The position numbers and the translations under genes were made by a program. Source: the human T2T-CHM13v2.0 reference genome, Homo sapiens. Taken from it: a DNA stretch of 64,000 nucleotides. How positions within the stretch are numbered: position 1 is the stretch's first letter; the number at the start of each line of letters is the position of its first letter. The notes below the pieces were generated by a model that was given only the letters and a program-made list of their open reading frames with translations, ran no database searches and was not told where the DNA came from. The DNA lies in NCBI RefSeq assembly GCF_009914755.1, contig NC_060925.1; one strand, written 5' to 3'. Below, piece after piece: positions 12,334 through 27,256 of the stretch.

Positions 12334-13351
12334 TTTTTTTTTTCTTCAACTTTTATTTTAAGCTCAGGGGTACATGTGTAGGATGTGCAGGTTTGTTACA
12401 TACTGTAAACGTGTGCCATGGTGGTTTGCTGCACAGATAATCCCATCACCTAGGTATTAAGCCCAATATCCATCAGCTATTCTTCCTGATGCTCCTCCTT
12501 CTCCCAGCCCCCCACCACTGGCAGACCCTAGTGTGTGTTGTCCCCCACCCCATGTGTCCATGCGTTCTCATCATTCAGCTCCCACTTATAGGTGAGAACC
12601 TGTGGTGTTTGGTTTTCTGTTCCTGTGTTAGTTTGCTGAGAATAATGGCTTCCAACTCCACCCACGTCTCTGCAAAGGACGTGATCTCATTCCTTTTTAT
12701 GGCTGCATAGTATTCCATGGTGTATAGGTACCACATTTTCTTTATCCAGTCTATAACTGACAGACATTTAAGTTGATTCCATGTCTTTGCTATTTCGAGT
12801 AGTGCTGCAATGAACATGCGTGTGCATGTATCTTTATAATAGAATGATTTATATTATTTTGGGCATATACCCAGTAATGAGATTGCTGAGTCAAATAGTA
12901 CTTCTGCTTCTAGGTCTTTGAGGAATCGCCACACTGCCTTCCACAATGATTGAACTCATTTACACTCCCACCAACAGTGTAAAAGCCCTCCTTTTTCTCT
13001 GCAACCTCGCCAGCATCAGTTTTTTGACTTTTTAATAATAGCCATCCTGACTGGTGTGAGATAGTATCTCATTGTGGTTTTGATTTGCATTTCTCTAATG
13101 ATCAGTGATGTTGAACTTTTTTTCATATGTTTGGTTGGCTCCATGTATGTCTTCTTTTGAGACGTGTCTGCTCATATCCTTTGCCCACTTTTTAATGGGG
13201 TTGGGTTTTTTCTCTTGTAAATTTGTGTAAGTTCCTTGTAGACTCTGTCTATTAGACTTTTGTCAGATAGATAGAATGCAAAAATTTTCTCCCATTCTGT
13301 AGGTTGTTCACTCTGATGATAATTTCTTTCGCTGTGCAGAAGCTCTTTAGT
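12334..13351 (-). mobile_element. 5'-truncated L1PA10/11-like element
   Basis: Poly(T) followed by antisense L1 3' UTR and ORF2 C-terminus (ORF 12575-12817 MFIAALLEIAKTW...WIKKMWY). Confidence 0.88.
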
Positions 13352-14755
13352 AAGACATAGACCCTATTTTAAGAAGGAATTATAAGGGAAACCCAAAGAT
13401 AACAGGGGAGGATAAAAAAAATTAACCAAACCAGAAAACTGGAGGAAACAGGAGCCTCTGGCACTTACAGCTCAGGAAACTAGGGAAAGAAGAGCAATGT
13501 AATCCTAAAGCAAGCAGAAAAAATAAATAAAAATTAGGGCAGAAACCAATACAACTGAAGAGAGGAAATCAATGAAACCCCAAGCTAGTTCTCAGAAAAG
13601 ATCAATAAAATTGATAAACTTCTAGCCAGGCTAATCAAGAAAACCTAAATTACCGATATCAGAAATGAAAAACAGATAATCACCACAGATTCCATGGAAA
13701 TTAAAAGAATGATGAAGGAATATTATGAACAACTCTATGCCCATAAATTTGATAATTTAGATTGAGTCAATTCCTTGAATGATACAAACTAAAACTCACA
13801 CAAGGGAAAATAGATAATCTGAATAGGCCTATGTGTATTAAAGTAATTGAGTCAGTAATTATTAATAATAACGTCCCAAAAAAGAAAGCTCTGGGGCTGG
13901 ATGGGTTCACTGATGAATTCTAACAAATATTTAAAGATAAAATTATGCTAATTCTCTATAATCTCTTCCAGAAAATAGAAGCAGGGTAAATACTTCCTAA
14001 CTTATTCTGTGAGATTTGCATCACCGTAATAGCAAAACCAGATAAAGACATTAGAAGAAGTAAAATTATAGGCCAATATTTCTCATGAACATAGACATAA
14101 AAATCTCCCAAAAAATTAGCAAAATATTATAAACCACAACCAAGTGGGATTTATTCTAGGTATGCAAGGCTGGCTCAACATTTGAAAATCAATTAATGTA
14201 ATCAATCACATCAATAGGCAAAATAAAGAATAAAAACCATATGATCATATAGACAGATGCAGGAAAAGCATTTGACAAATTCCAATACCCATTCATGACA
14301 AAAACTATCAGCAAAGTACAAATGAAGAGGCATTTATTCAAATTCATTTAAAAATCTGCAAAAAATCTACAGTTAACATATTTATTTATGAGAAACTAGA
14401 TGTTTTCTCCCTAACAAAGGGGAACAAATTGGGAACAAGCCAAGCATGTCCTCTCTCACCATTGCTATTCAGCATTGTACTGGAAGCCCTAGCTAATGCA
14501 ATAAGAAAAGAAAAGGTATAAAGATTGGAGAGAAATAACTAAAACTGTTTTTGTTCAAAGATGACATGATTTTTCTGTGAAAACATTCCACAGAATCAAA
14601 AACAACAACAACAACAAGCTCTGGAACTAATAAACAATTATAGCAAAGTTGAGGGATACAAGATTAATATACAAAACTCAATTGTTTTTCCGTATACCAG
14701 AAATGAACAACTGGAATTTGAAATTAAAAACACAATACCATTTTACATTAGTATC

Positions 14756-14868
14756 AGAGAGAGAGAGAGAGAAGAAGAAGAAGGAAAGGAAGAAGAAGAA
14801 GAAAGAAAAAGGATAGGGAGAAGAAGAGGTAGAAGGAGAAGAAGAAGGGGAGGAAGGAGGGAAGAGAA
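14756..14868 (+). repeat. Purine-rich (GA)n/(GAA)n low-complexity tract
   Basis: About 110 nt of almost only A/G. Confidence 0.9.
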
Positions 14869-15364
14869 ATACTTAAATATAAATCTACTAAAATACGTAC
14901 TATGTCTATGTGAGGAAAATTACAAAATTCTGATAAAAATAAAACAGGTTTAAGCAAATGCAGAGACATTCTATGTTAATAGGTAGGTATAATCAATATT
15001 GTTAAGATGCCAATTCTTATCAGTTTGACCTTTCAATTCAACACAATCCCAACCAAAATCCCAGCAATCAATATCATGGATATTGATAAACTGATTTCAA
15101 AGTTTATATGGAAACACAAGAGGCCAATATTGAAGAAGAAGAAAATCAGAAGACTGACAATACATGACACTTATTTGGAAGATATAGTAATCAAGACAGG
15201 GTGGTATTAATAAAAGAATAGTTGAATATATTAATGTATCAGAATAGAGAGCCCAGAAATAAACCCACGCAAATATAGTCAACTGATCTTTGACAAAGGA
15301 GCAAAGGCAATTCAATGGAGAAAGGATAGGCTTTCCAACAAATGGTGCCAAAACAATTGGACAT

Positions 15365-15933
15365 TGTGCTGGGCATCCCCATAACTACCCTCAGGTTGAA
15401 TGATTCACTAGGAGATCTCAAAAAACTCAGAAAAATTGTTATAGTCATGGTTATTACATGACTACAAATTTATTACAGAGAAAGGATACAGATTAACATG
15501 GGCAAAGGAGAAAAACACACAGATCAGAGTCCTGAGGAGACCAAGATTACGCTTCCAGTGGTCCTCTCCCAGTGGAGTTGTACGGGCAATATTTATTTCC
15601 CCCAGTAATAATATGTGACAATATGTTGGAGGTATTATCAACAAGGGAAGCTCACCTGAGCCTTGGTATCAGTCACATAGTCATGTAATATCCATGTGAC
15701 TGACCTTAGGTACTCAGTCTCCAGCCCCTACAGAGGTCAAATTGATACAGCATTGCACAAGACTTTCACATAAACTACATTGTTAGCATAAGCTATCTGG
15801 CATGGCCCAAGGCCCCAGATATGCAAAGACAGGCAGGATATCCCAATGGTGTAGAGGTTAACTGTCAGAAGCAGGTCAGGAGCCAGTGTCTTCTTTGCAA
15901 TGTGCAGCCTGCTTAGTTAACTTTTGCTGCACA
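15365..15933 (-). mobile_element. ERVL-class solo LTR (MER77/MER68-like)
   Basis: TG...CA termini, 5-bp TSD GACAT/GGCAT, interrupts colinear L1 ORF2. Confidence 0.7.
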
Positions 15934-16399
15934 GGCATCTAGATGCCAAGAAAAAAAAAAAACCAAACACAGATCTAGCATGTTTTATAAAAGTTAGCTC
16001 AATATGAATCATAAATCTAAATGTCAAACACGAAACTATAAAACTTATAGAAGATAAGAGAGGAGAAAATCTAGGTGACCTTGGAGATGAGTTTTTAGAT
16101 ACAGCATCAAAAGCACAATACATGGAAGAAAAAATGGTAAGTTGGAATTTACTAAAATGAAAAACTTCTGCTTTGTGAAAGACACTGTTAAGAGAATAAA
16201 AAGACAAGCCACAGATTGGGAGGAAATATTTGTAAAACACATATCTAAAGAAGGATTTATGTTCAAAATATACAAAAAACTCTTAAATGCACAATAAAAA
16301 AACACCAATTAAAAATGGGCAAAAGATTTAAAGAAACACCTCACTAAAGGAGATATATGGATGACAAATAAATATACGAAAATATATTTAACATCCTAT

Positions 16400-16713
16400 T
16401 GATACAGCACAGGCAAGCCCCCAAATTGGGGATTATCTAGGGAGGGTTCTTGGCTTTGCCTAGGAAAGAATTCAAGGGCGAGCCGGTGGTGGTAAACAGT
16501 AACTTTTATTGAAGCGGCAGTGTACAGCAGCAGCAGAGGTACTGCTCCTTGCAGACCGGGGCTGTCCCATAGACAGTGTGCCCAGAATAGCAGCTCAGAG
16601 GCAGGGCTGCACTCATATTTATACCCACTTATAATTATATGCAAATTAAGGGGAGGTTATGCAGAAATTTCTAGAAAAATTGTGGCAACTTCTGGGTTGT
16701 CAGGGCCATTGCC
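16400..16713 (-). mobile_element. ERV1-class (MER4-group) LTR, subfamily unassigned
   Basis: TGATACAGCACAGG start, GAAAGAATTCAAGGGCGAGCC, antisense poly(A) signal TTTATT; interrupts L1. Confidence 0.65.
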
Positions 16714-17265
16714 TTGTCATTAAGGAACTGCAAATTAAAACAATAATGCATACCTATTAGAATGGCTCAAGAAACAAGCAAACTGGACAATACCAAATGC
16801 TGACAAGGATGTGGAGCAACAAGAATTCTCATTCATTGCTGGTGAAAATGTAAAATGGTACAGTCACTTTGGAAGACAGTTGGGCAGTTTCTCACAAAGC
16901 TAGTGTTAACGTACAATCTAGTAATCATGCTCCTGGGTATTTGCCCAATGGAGTTGAAAACATGTATACACAGAAACCTGCACTCTAATGTTTATAGCAG
17001 CTTTATTCACAGTTGCCAAAAACTGGAAGCAATCAAGATGTCTTCAATTGGTGAATGGATGAACAAACTGTGGTACATTCATACAATGGAATATTATTCA
17101 GCAATAAAAAAGAAATGTGCTATCAAGCTACAAAAAGACAGGAAGGAAGTTTAAGTATATATTACTAAGTGAAAGAAGCCAGTTTGAAAAGGCTAAATAC
17201 TGTATGAACTCAACTCTATTACAATCTGAAAAAGGCAAAACCATAGAGACAGTAAAAAGATCAGT

Positions 17266-17566
<301 letters not shown>

Positions 17567-17873
17567 GCTGTTGGCAGGGGAAAGTGGGGAGACATGAATA
17601 GGTGAATCAGCACAGGGGATTTTTAGGGGGTAAAAACTAAAGAAGGGTACATGACATTAAGCAAAACCCATGGAACTGTACGTCACAAAGGGTGAGCCCT
17701 TAATGTAAACTATGAATTTTAGTTAATAGTAATGTATCAGTATTGGTTTGTGAATTATAACAAATGTATCACACAAATGGGAGATGTGAGAAAACTGGAG
17801 TTCACATGGGAGAGAGGGGATTTGGAAACTCTTTTGGACTACTGGCTCAATTTTTAAATCTAAAATTGTTCTA

Positions 17874-18175
<302 letters not shown>

Positions 18176-18847
18176 AATGAAAAGAATAGAATAGAAGTCA
18201 ATTCTATTAATTAAAAGAATTATGTCTTCCATAACGACAGTTTTAAACCCCACTTTCTAATCTTCTTACTGGTATAGTTTTCTCTTGACCTCCATTACGG
18301 CAGTGAACAGAAGTAGTCATACAAGCCATCCTTGCTGTGTTCACAATCCTAAATCTTAAAACTTTCAAAATTTCACCATTGACAATGGTGTTTTGGGATA
18401 CTCTTTCGTATCAAAAATGTTGCCTTATTTTCCTAGTTTGTTAAATTTTTTTCAAATGATAGGTAATGAATTTTATCAAATGTATTTTCTCATCTAATGA
18501 GATTATCATGCCTTTTGTTTATCCTATACTCTCTGTGTGTGTGTATGTGTATTTTTTTTTCCTTACCCAATAGTAAGTAAGCAACCAATCCTATAGTCTG
18601 CTAATATGGTGAATTCTACTGATTGATTTTCTATTGTTAAGCCAAGGATATAGTACAGCAATACACCAACTTGGTCATGATGTATCCTTTGCATACATAT
18701 TGCTGGATCTTTTGCTAATATTTTCTTTAGGACATTTGCTTCTATATTCTTCAGTGAGATTAATCTGTAATTTCTTTTCTCGTAATATCCTTGCCAGATC
18801 ATGCTAGTGAGTTAACAATAGCCCCATAAAATGAGTTGGGGTGAGAT

Positions 18848-19149
18848 TTTTTTGTTTGTTTGTTTTTTAGACAGAGTATCACTCTGTCACCCAGGTTGGA
18901 GTGCAGCAGTGCGATCTTGGCTCACTGCAACCTCCACCTTCCAGGTTCAAGTGATTCTCATGCCTTAACCTCCTGAGTAGCTGGGATTACAGGCACGTGC
19001 CACCACGCCCGGCTAATTTTTGTATTTTTAGGAGACATGAGGTTTCACCATGTTAGCCAGGCTGGTCCCCAACTCTTGACCTCAAGTGATCCACCTGCCT
19101 TGGCCTCCCAAAGTGCTGGGATTACAGACGTGAGCCACCGCACCCAGGC
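18848..19149 (-). mobile_element. AluSx-like (donor of the inverted templated copy at 20710-20872)
   Basis: Full Alu; TSD TG(G/A)GGTGAGATTTTT at 18837 / 19150. Confidence 0.92.
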
Positions 19150-19929
19150 TGAGGTGAGATTTTTATTCTTCTATTCTTTAGAAGAATTTGAGAAAGTTTG
19201 GCATTTGGTAGAAATTGCCTACGAATCCACTTGGACTTTTGTTGAGGAAATTACAGATTATTTAATTAATTTTACTTATAGGACTAGTCATCATTTTTAT
19301 TTCTTCCTGTGTAAGTTGTATTTTATTAAGGAATTTGTCCATTTCATGTAAATTTACAAATATATTTGTATATAATTAATTTATATAATATCCTTCTGTT
19401 ATCTTTTTGGTGGCTTTATGATCTATAATGATGCGCCTGTTTATACTGCTAACTTAGATTGTTTGTATCTTTCTTTTATCTAATATATGTTAGCAATACC
19501 TCTCTAAGCCCTGTTTAGCTCCACCCCACAGGTTTTGATTTCCAATATTTTTCTAATATTTCGCTTCAAAATGTTTTCTTATTTCCATGATGATTTTTTT
19601 CTCTGATCCAAAAGGTTTTTAGAAGTGTATTTCTTAATTTCCAAACATATGAGGATCTTCTAATCATCTTTTCTTGTTGTGATTCCTGGCTTAATTGCAT
19701 TGTGGTCAGAGAACGTTTTCCATATAATTTCAACCCTTTGTGTTCATACTTGCTTCACAGCTCAATGAATGTATAGTAAATTTTTGTCAATGTTTCATGG
19801 ATGTTTGAAAGAATGTGTCAATTAAGTCATTTGTTAATAGTGTTATTTAATATTTTATATCCTTACTAATTTTATACTTGCTTAAACCATCTATTATTGA
19901 AAGAAGGGTGTTAAAAATCTCCCATTATG

Positions 19930-20220
19930 GGCCCCACTCATGCCTGTAATCCTAGCACTTTGGGATGCCAAGGCAGGTGGATCACCTGAGGTCAGGAGTT
20001 CAAGACCAGCCTGGCCAACATGGCGAAACCCCCTTTCTACTAAAATTACAAAAATTAGCCGTGGTGGTGCACACCTATAACCCCAGCTACTTGGGAGGCT
20101 GAGGCAGGAGAATCGCCTAAACCCAGGGTGCAGATGTTGCAGTGAGCTGAGATCGCCCCACTTCAGCCTGGGCGAAAGAGCAAAACTCCATCTCAAACAA
20201 ACAAACAAACAAACAAACAA
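19930..20220 (+). mobile_element. AluSx-like with (AAAC)n tail
   Basis: TSD CTCCCATTATG on both sides. Confidence 0.9.
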
Positions 20221-20615
20221 CTCCCATTATGATTGTAGATGCATCTATATTTCCTTGCAGTTCAATCCATTTTTTTAAATTAAATAAACTCCATGCTTTA
20301 CTTGTATTTCACTGTTTTCTCCCTAATGTCGTTTTTCAATTCAGGGTCCCATCTAGGATACCACATTACATTTAGTTGTTGTGTCTCCTTTAGCCCCCTC
20401 TTGTCTGTGACAGTTTCTCAGACTTTCCTTTTTACCTTTTCCAATACTTTGAAAGTTTTAATGAGTATTAGTCAGGTATTTTGTAGAATGTCCTTCAATT
20501 TTGGCTTGTCTAGTGTTTTCTTCATGGTTAGATAGGGGTTCTATGTTTTGGGGAGGTAAACCACAGAGGTGAAGTGCCATCCTCATTACATCTCATTAAA
20601 AATGTAGGTATTATC

Positions 20616-21086
<471 letters not shown>

Positions 21087-23398
21087 AAAAGGTAGGTATT
21101 ATCCACATAACTGATCTTTTTAATCTTGATTACCAGGCCGGGATACTATTTGCCAGGTTTCTACTTCTCCACCTGGCTTCCCTATTCTACTCTTTGGAAG
21201 CGAGTCAGTAAGTGCAGCCCACACTCTAGGGGTGAGGAGTTAAGCTCCACTTCCTTGGGGAAGAAGCAACTACATACCTTTATTATATAATTCTGTATGG
21301 GACATTTGTCCCTTCTCTCCCATTTATTTACTATATCATTTATTTATATCCATATGGACTCATAGATATTTATTTATGTTTTGAGTTATAATCAAATACT
21401 ATTAGTACATTATTTATTTTGCTGCTCAAATTTTTCCAGCTTTGGCCACCGAGAGCTCTTTAATGTTGGCTTGTTTCAGTCAGCATAAAGTTTTTGAGAC
21501 TCATCCATTTTGTTGTTATCAGTAGTCTGTTTCTTTTAATTGCAAGAAGTATTGTATTTTATGAATATATCCCACTTCATAAACATTGGGTTATTTCCAG
21601 TTTTGGCTATCAGAAATGCAAAGCTTCTATGAACAGTTATGTATACGTCTCTTCGTGGACATATGTTTTCATTTACTTTGAATAAATACACAGGTGTAAA
21701 ATTAGAGTCATCAGCTAGCTTTATGTTTAATAAGAAGCTACCAAGCAAGCAACTTTTCAAAGTAATTGTGCCATTTCACACATCCAAGAGCAACGTGAGA
21801 GTTTTTGTTATGTCAAATGCTTGCCAACATGTGGTGTTGACAGTCTTTATAATTTTAGACATTCTAGTAGGCATGTAGTGATTCATTATGGCTTTAATTT
21901 GCCTTTGCCTGCTGAGTAATGATGTCGAGCACTTTTTTTATATGTCTTTGTCCATTCATATGTCTTTGTTTGCTTCTGAAAATGTTGCTCAAGTCTGTCA
22001 TCCACATTTTTATTGTGTTAGAAGTTCTTTATTATTCTGGATAGAAATCCATATTCAGATATATGTACTGTGAATGTTTTCTACCAGCCTTTGGTTTTGC
22101 CTGTTCGTTTTCTTAGCTGAGTCTTTTTTTTTGTATTGTGGTAAAAACCACACAACATTAAACCATCCTAAACATTTTTAAATGTACATTTCAGTACTGT
22201 TAAGTATATTCACTTGTGCAACAAGTCTCTAGAAATTTTTCTTCTTGCAACACTGAAACTCTATACCTACCAAACATGAATTCCCCATCCCACCTCCCGC
22301 AAGTTCTTGGCGACTACCTTTTTACTTTATGTTTTGAGGATTCTGACTTATTTAGATACTTTATATGAGTGAATTATACAGTATTTGTCCATTTGTGACT
22401 GGCTTATTTCACTTAGCATAATGTCCTTAAGCTTCATTCATGTTGTAACATGCCCTTTTTTAAGGGCACATAAAATTCCATTATGTGCATATACCACATT
22501 TTCTTATCCAATTACCTGTTATTTCCTCCTGTTGGCTATTGTGAATAATCCTGCAATGAACATGGGTGTGCAAATATCTCTGAGATCTGCTTTGAAGCTT
22601 TTTGGCTATATACCCAAAAGGGGGATTGCTGGATCATATGATAGTTCTATTTTTAATGTTTTGAGAAACTCCATACTGTTTTTCATAACATCTGTATAAT
22701 TTACTTTCCCACCACCAGTGCATGAGGACCCAAACTTCTCTGCATCCTTGTCAACACTTGTTATTTCCTGTTATTTTTATAATGGCTATCCTGATGGGTG
22801 TGAGGTGATATCTCATTGTGAGTTTTATTTACATTTCCCTAGTGATTAATGATGTTGAGCATATTTTCATGTACTTAATAACCATTCATATATCTTCTTT
22901 GGAGAAATGTCTATTTAAATCCTTTGCCAGTTTTTAAATTGGATTATTTGGGGTTTTTCTTGTTGTTAAGTTGTACAAGATCCTTATATATTCTGGATAT
23001 TGACCCCTTATCAGATATATGACTTGCAACTCTTTTCTCCCATTCCATAGGTTGCCTTTTCTCTCTGTTGACTGTTACTTTGATGTGTAAAAAAACTTAA
23101 GTTTTATGTAGTACTATTTGTCTATTTTTTATTTTGTTGCCTGTGCTTTTGGTATCATATCCAAGAAATTATTGCCAAATCCAATTGTTGGCATATAATT
23201 GCTCATAATGGCATTTACATTTTAAGAAATTGCTGATAGTGAAGGACTTACTGTTGCCATTTTGTTCATTGTGTTCTGTTTCACTTGTAGCTTTCTTTGT
23301 CCCCCCCCCCTTTTTTCTTTTGATAATTTCTTTTGTGTTTCATTAATTTTTTTTTGTGGCCACAGATTTTGATTCCCTTCTCACTTCCTTTCCTTTAC

Positions 23399-23846
23399 AG
23401 TCTTTGTCCATTTTCTGTTGCTGTAACAGAATACTTGAGACCAGGTAATTTATTTTTTAAAAAGAGGTTTGTTTAGCTCACAGTTCTTGATGCTGGGAAG
23501 TTCAAGATCAAACAGCTGCATCTGACGAGGGTCTCATGCTGTGTCATAACATGGAGGATGGCATCACATGGTGGTTATGCATGTGAGAGCACTGAGCGGG
23601 TACACACACAAGAGAGAAAACATGAAGGGTGACCTCACTTTATAACAACCCACTCTTGCGGTAACTAATCCAGTCACTGAAGAGCAATAATTCACTCCTG
23701 TGAAATGGCATTAATCCCTTCATAAGGACAGATGGCTTATGACCCAAATGCCTCTTAAAGATCCCACCAGTTCTCAACACCATTACATGGGGAACAAGCC
23801 TTAACATGAATTTCAGTGGGGGATAAACCATATTCAAATCATAGCA
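23399..23846 (-). mobile_element. MaLR LTR (MST family)
   Basis: GTCCATTTTCTGTTGCTGTAACAGAATAC...ATATTCAAATCATAGCA; 5-bp TSD TTTAC/CTTAC. Confidence 0.82.
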
Positions 23847-24774
23847 CTTACATTCTATAGTTACTGTCTTTGTGGTAACCATTGCAATTACGTGAAACAT
23901 AACCTCTTAATGTTTTAACAATCTACTTTTAATGAGTACCATGTGGTGGTTTCCTGATTAAAGCCTCTTAATTCAGAAAAACTGCTTGCTTGCTTACTTG
24001 TTTGCCTGTTCTCTTACATAGGTGTGTCTCCATAGATAAATTAGGGGAAAATCTGTCCCTTTGTATTTCAAAAAGGGCAAAGAAAATTGTAATTAGATTT
24101 CTCCATAGACACACTCTTTCCTCCCTGGGGGAAACTAATAAGAAGAGGGTATAACACTTTCCCTAGCTAGAATTCCCTACAGAAGTTTGCCTTTGGACTG
24201 CAAAGAAAACGGCTCTTTCATTCTTAATCATCAGATAAGTAATTCAGTACCACTGGGACAATTGTAGATTCAGATCTTTTGGCAGAAGACTGGAAGAATA
24301 TGGGTAATATCATAACAATCTATTTTAAGCTGATAAAACTTAGCTTCAATTGCATCTAAAACTCTGCTTCTTTACATCTCAGTCCACCCCACCTTTATGT
24401 TACTGATGACTCAAATTACCTTTTTTATATTGCATATCCATTACCATAGATTTATAATTACTTTCTATGCTTTTGTTTTTTGAATTCTATGAGATTTAGA
24501 AGAGATTTACACACATTACAATACTACAGGATTCTATATTTATCTATATATTTACCAGAGAATTTAATATTTTCTTTTTTTTTTTTTTGAATTGCATTTT
24601 GTCCCTTTACCTCAACTTCAGGGACTCCCTTCAGCATTTCTTGTAGGTCAGGACTAGTGGTGATAAACTCCCTCAAATTTTATTTATTTGGGAAAGTTGT
24701 AATTTCATCTTTGTTTTTGAAGGACAGTTTTGTTGGATCTAGCATTCTTAGTTGGCAGGTTTTTTCTTCCAACA
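23847..24774 (-). mobile_element. Old L1M (inter-ORF / ORF1 3' region) containing a 382-bp foreign insert
   Basis: GACTCCCTTCAGCATTTCTTGTAGG...TGAAGGACAGTTTTG antisense L1 motifs. Confidence 0.7.
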
Positions 24775-26518
24775 CAGGCATATCTCATTTTATTGCACTT
24801 TATTTTATTGTGCTTCACAGATATTACATTTTATACAAATTGAAGGCTTGTGGCAACCCTGTGTCAAGCAAATCTTTTGGCACCATTTTTCCAATAGCAC
24901 ATGCTTACTTTGTGTCTCTGTGTCACATTTTGATAATTCTTAAAACATTTCAAACTTTATTATTAATAGTAGCATATCTGTTATTGTGATCTGTGATCAG
25001 TGATCTTTGATGTTACTATTGTAATTGTTTTGGGGTGCCATGAAAAGACAGCAAACTTAATTGATCCATCTTGTGTGTGTTCTCACTCCTCCACCAAATG
25101 GCTATTCCCCGTCTCTCTTTTCCTCGGGCCTCCCTATTCCCTGAGACATGAAAACATTGAAATTAGGCCAATTGATAATCTTACAATAATAGCCTCTAAG
25201 TGTTCTAGTGAAAGGAAGAGTCATATGTCTCTTGCTTTAAATAAAATGCTAGAAATGATTAAGGTTAGTGAGGAAGACACGTCAAAGGCTGAGATGGGCT
25301 AAAGGCTGGTCCTCTTGTACCAAACAGCCAAGTTTTAAATGCAAAGAAAAATTTCTTGAAGAAAATTAAAAGTGCTACTCCAGTGAACACATAAAGTAAA
25401 ACCACTTTATTGCTGATGTGGAGAAAGTTTGAGTGGTCTGGATAGATCAAACCAGCCACGACATTCCCGAAGCCAAAGCCTAATTCAGAACAAGGCTAAC
25501 TCTCTTCTGTACTATGGAGGAAGGCTGAGAGAGGTCAGGAAGCTGCAGAAGAAAAGTTTGAAGCTAGCAGAAGTTGGTTCATGAGGTTTAAGGGAAGAAG
25601 CCATCTCCATAACATAAAAGTGCAAGTGTTGATGTAGAAGCTGCAGCAAGTTATCCAGAAGATCTAGCTAAGATCATTGACGAAGGTGGCTACACTAAAC
25701 AACAGCTTTTCAATGTAGATAAAACAGGCTTCTATTGAAAGCAGATGCCATCTGGGACTTTCACAGTTAGAGAGGAGAAGTCAATGCCTAGCTTCAAAGC
25801 TTCAAAGGACAGCTGACTCTCTTGTTAGGGGCTAATGCAGCTGGTGGCTTTAAGTTGAAACCAATGCTTATTTACCATTTTGGAAATTCTAGAGCTTTTA
25901 AGAATTATACTAAATCTGATCTGCCTGTGCTCTATAAATTGAACAACAAAGCCTGGATGACAGGACATCTGTTTACAGCATAGTTTACTGAATATTTTAA
26001 GCTCACTATAGAGACATGCTACTCAGAAAAAAAGATTCATTTCAAAATATTATTGCTCATTGACAATAAGCCTGGTCACCCAAGAGTTCTGATGGAGATG
26101 TACAAGGAGATGAATGTTGTTTTCATGCCCACTAGCACAACATCCATTCTGCAGCCCATGGATCAAGAAATAATTTCAATTTTCAAGTCTTATTATTTAA
26201 GAAATACATTTTGTTAGGTTATAGCTGCCCTAGATACTGATTCTTCTGATGGATCTGGGCAAAGTAAATGTAAATCTTCTGGAAAGGATTCACCATTCTG
26301 GATGCCATTAAGAACATTTGTGATTCATGAGAGGTTAGAATATCAACATTAACAAGAGTTTGGAAAAAGTTGTTTTCAACTTCATGAATGACTGTGAGGG
26401 GCTTAACACTTCATTGGAGGAAGTGACTTCATACGTGGAAATAGCAAGATAACTAGAATTAGAAGTGGATCCTGAAGATCTAACTGAATTGCTGTAAACT
26501 CATTTTAAAACTTGAATG
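24775..26518 (+). mobile_element. Tigger1 DNA transposon, left TIR and decayed transposase; right end missing
   Basis: CAGGCATATCTC TIR start; transposase-like MIKVSEEDTSKAEMG and nucleotide motifs CAATGTAGAT and CTGCAGCCCATGGATCAAG; multiple stops. Confidence 0.92.
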
Positions 26519-27256
26519 TGTACATGAGCCCCCTGAGGCCCCAGAGCTATCTTTTTGGTTGTTAACTAAAGGTCGACAAAGATTATCACTTTAAGGTGGA
26601 TAATGATGAAAATGAGCACCAGTTATCTTTAATAACGGCCAGTTTAGGGGCTGCTACAAAGGATGAATTGCACATTGTTGAAGCAGAGGCAATGAATTAT
26701 GAAGGCATTCCAGTTAAAGTAACACTGTCAACTTTCAAAATGTCTATACAGCCAATGGTTTCCTCTGGGGGCTTTGAAATCACACTACCAGTGGTCTTAC
26801 GGCTGAAGTGTGGTTCAGGGCCAGTGCATATTAGTGGACAGCACTTAGGACGAAGATGCAGAGCCAGAAGATGAAGAGGAGGAAGATGTGAAACTCTTAA
26901 GTATATCTGGAAAGCGGTCTGCCCCTGGAGGTGGTAGCAAGTTTCCAGAGGAAAAAGTAAAACTTGCTGCTGATGCAAATGATGATGAAGATGAAGATGA
27001 AGAAGAAGATGATGATGATTTTGATGATAAGGAAACTGAAGAAAAAGTGCCAGTGAAGAAATCTATATGAGATACTCCAGCCAAAAATGCACAGAAGTCA
27101 AATCAGAATGGAAAGGACTCAAAACCGTCATCAACACCAAGATCAAAAGGACAAGAATCCTTCAAAAAAAAAAAAAAAAAAAAAAAAAACAACCAGAAAA
27201 AAACTCCTAAAACACCAAAAGGACCTAGTTCTGTTGAAGACATTAAAGCAAAAATG
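26519..27256 (+). pseudogene. NPM1P40: NPM1 (nucleophosmin) processed pseudogene, 3' part missing
   Basis: Intronless copy ([11 protein letters not shown]...[16 protein letters not shown]...[15 protein letters not shown]; [17 protein letters not shown]; acidic tracts) with in-frame TAA/TGA and a frameshift near 26848. The NPM1 parent is clear from sequence; the P40 number is recalled from the CHIT1-adjacent position. Confidence 0.93.
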
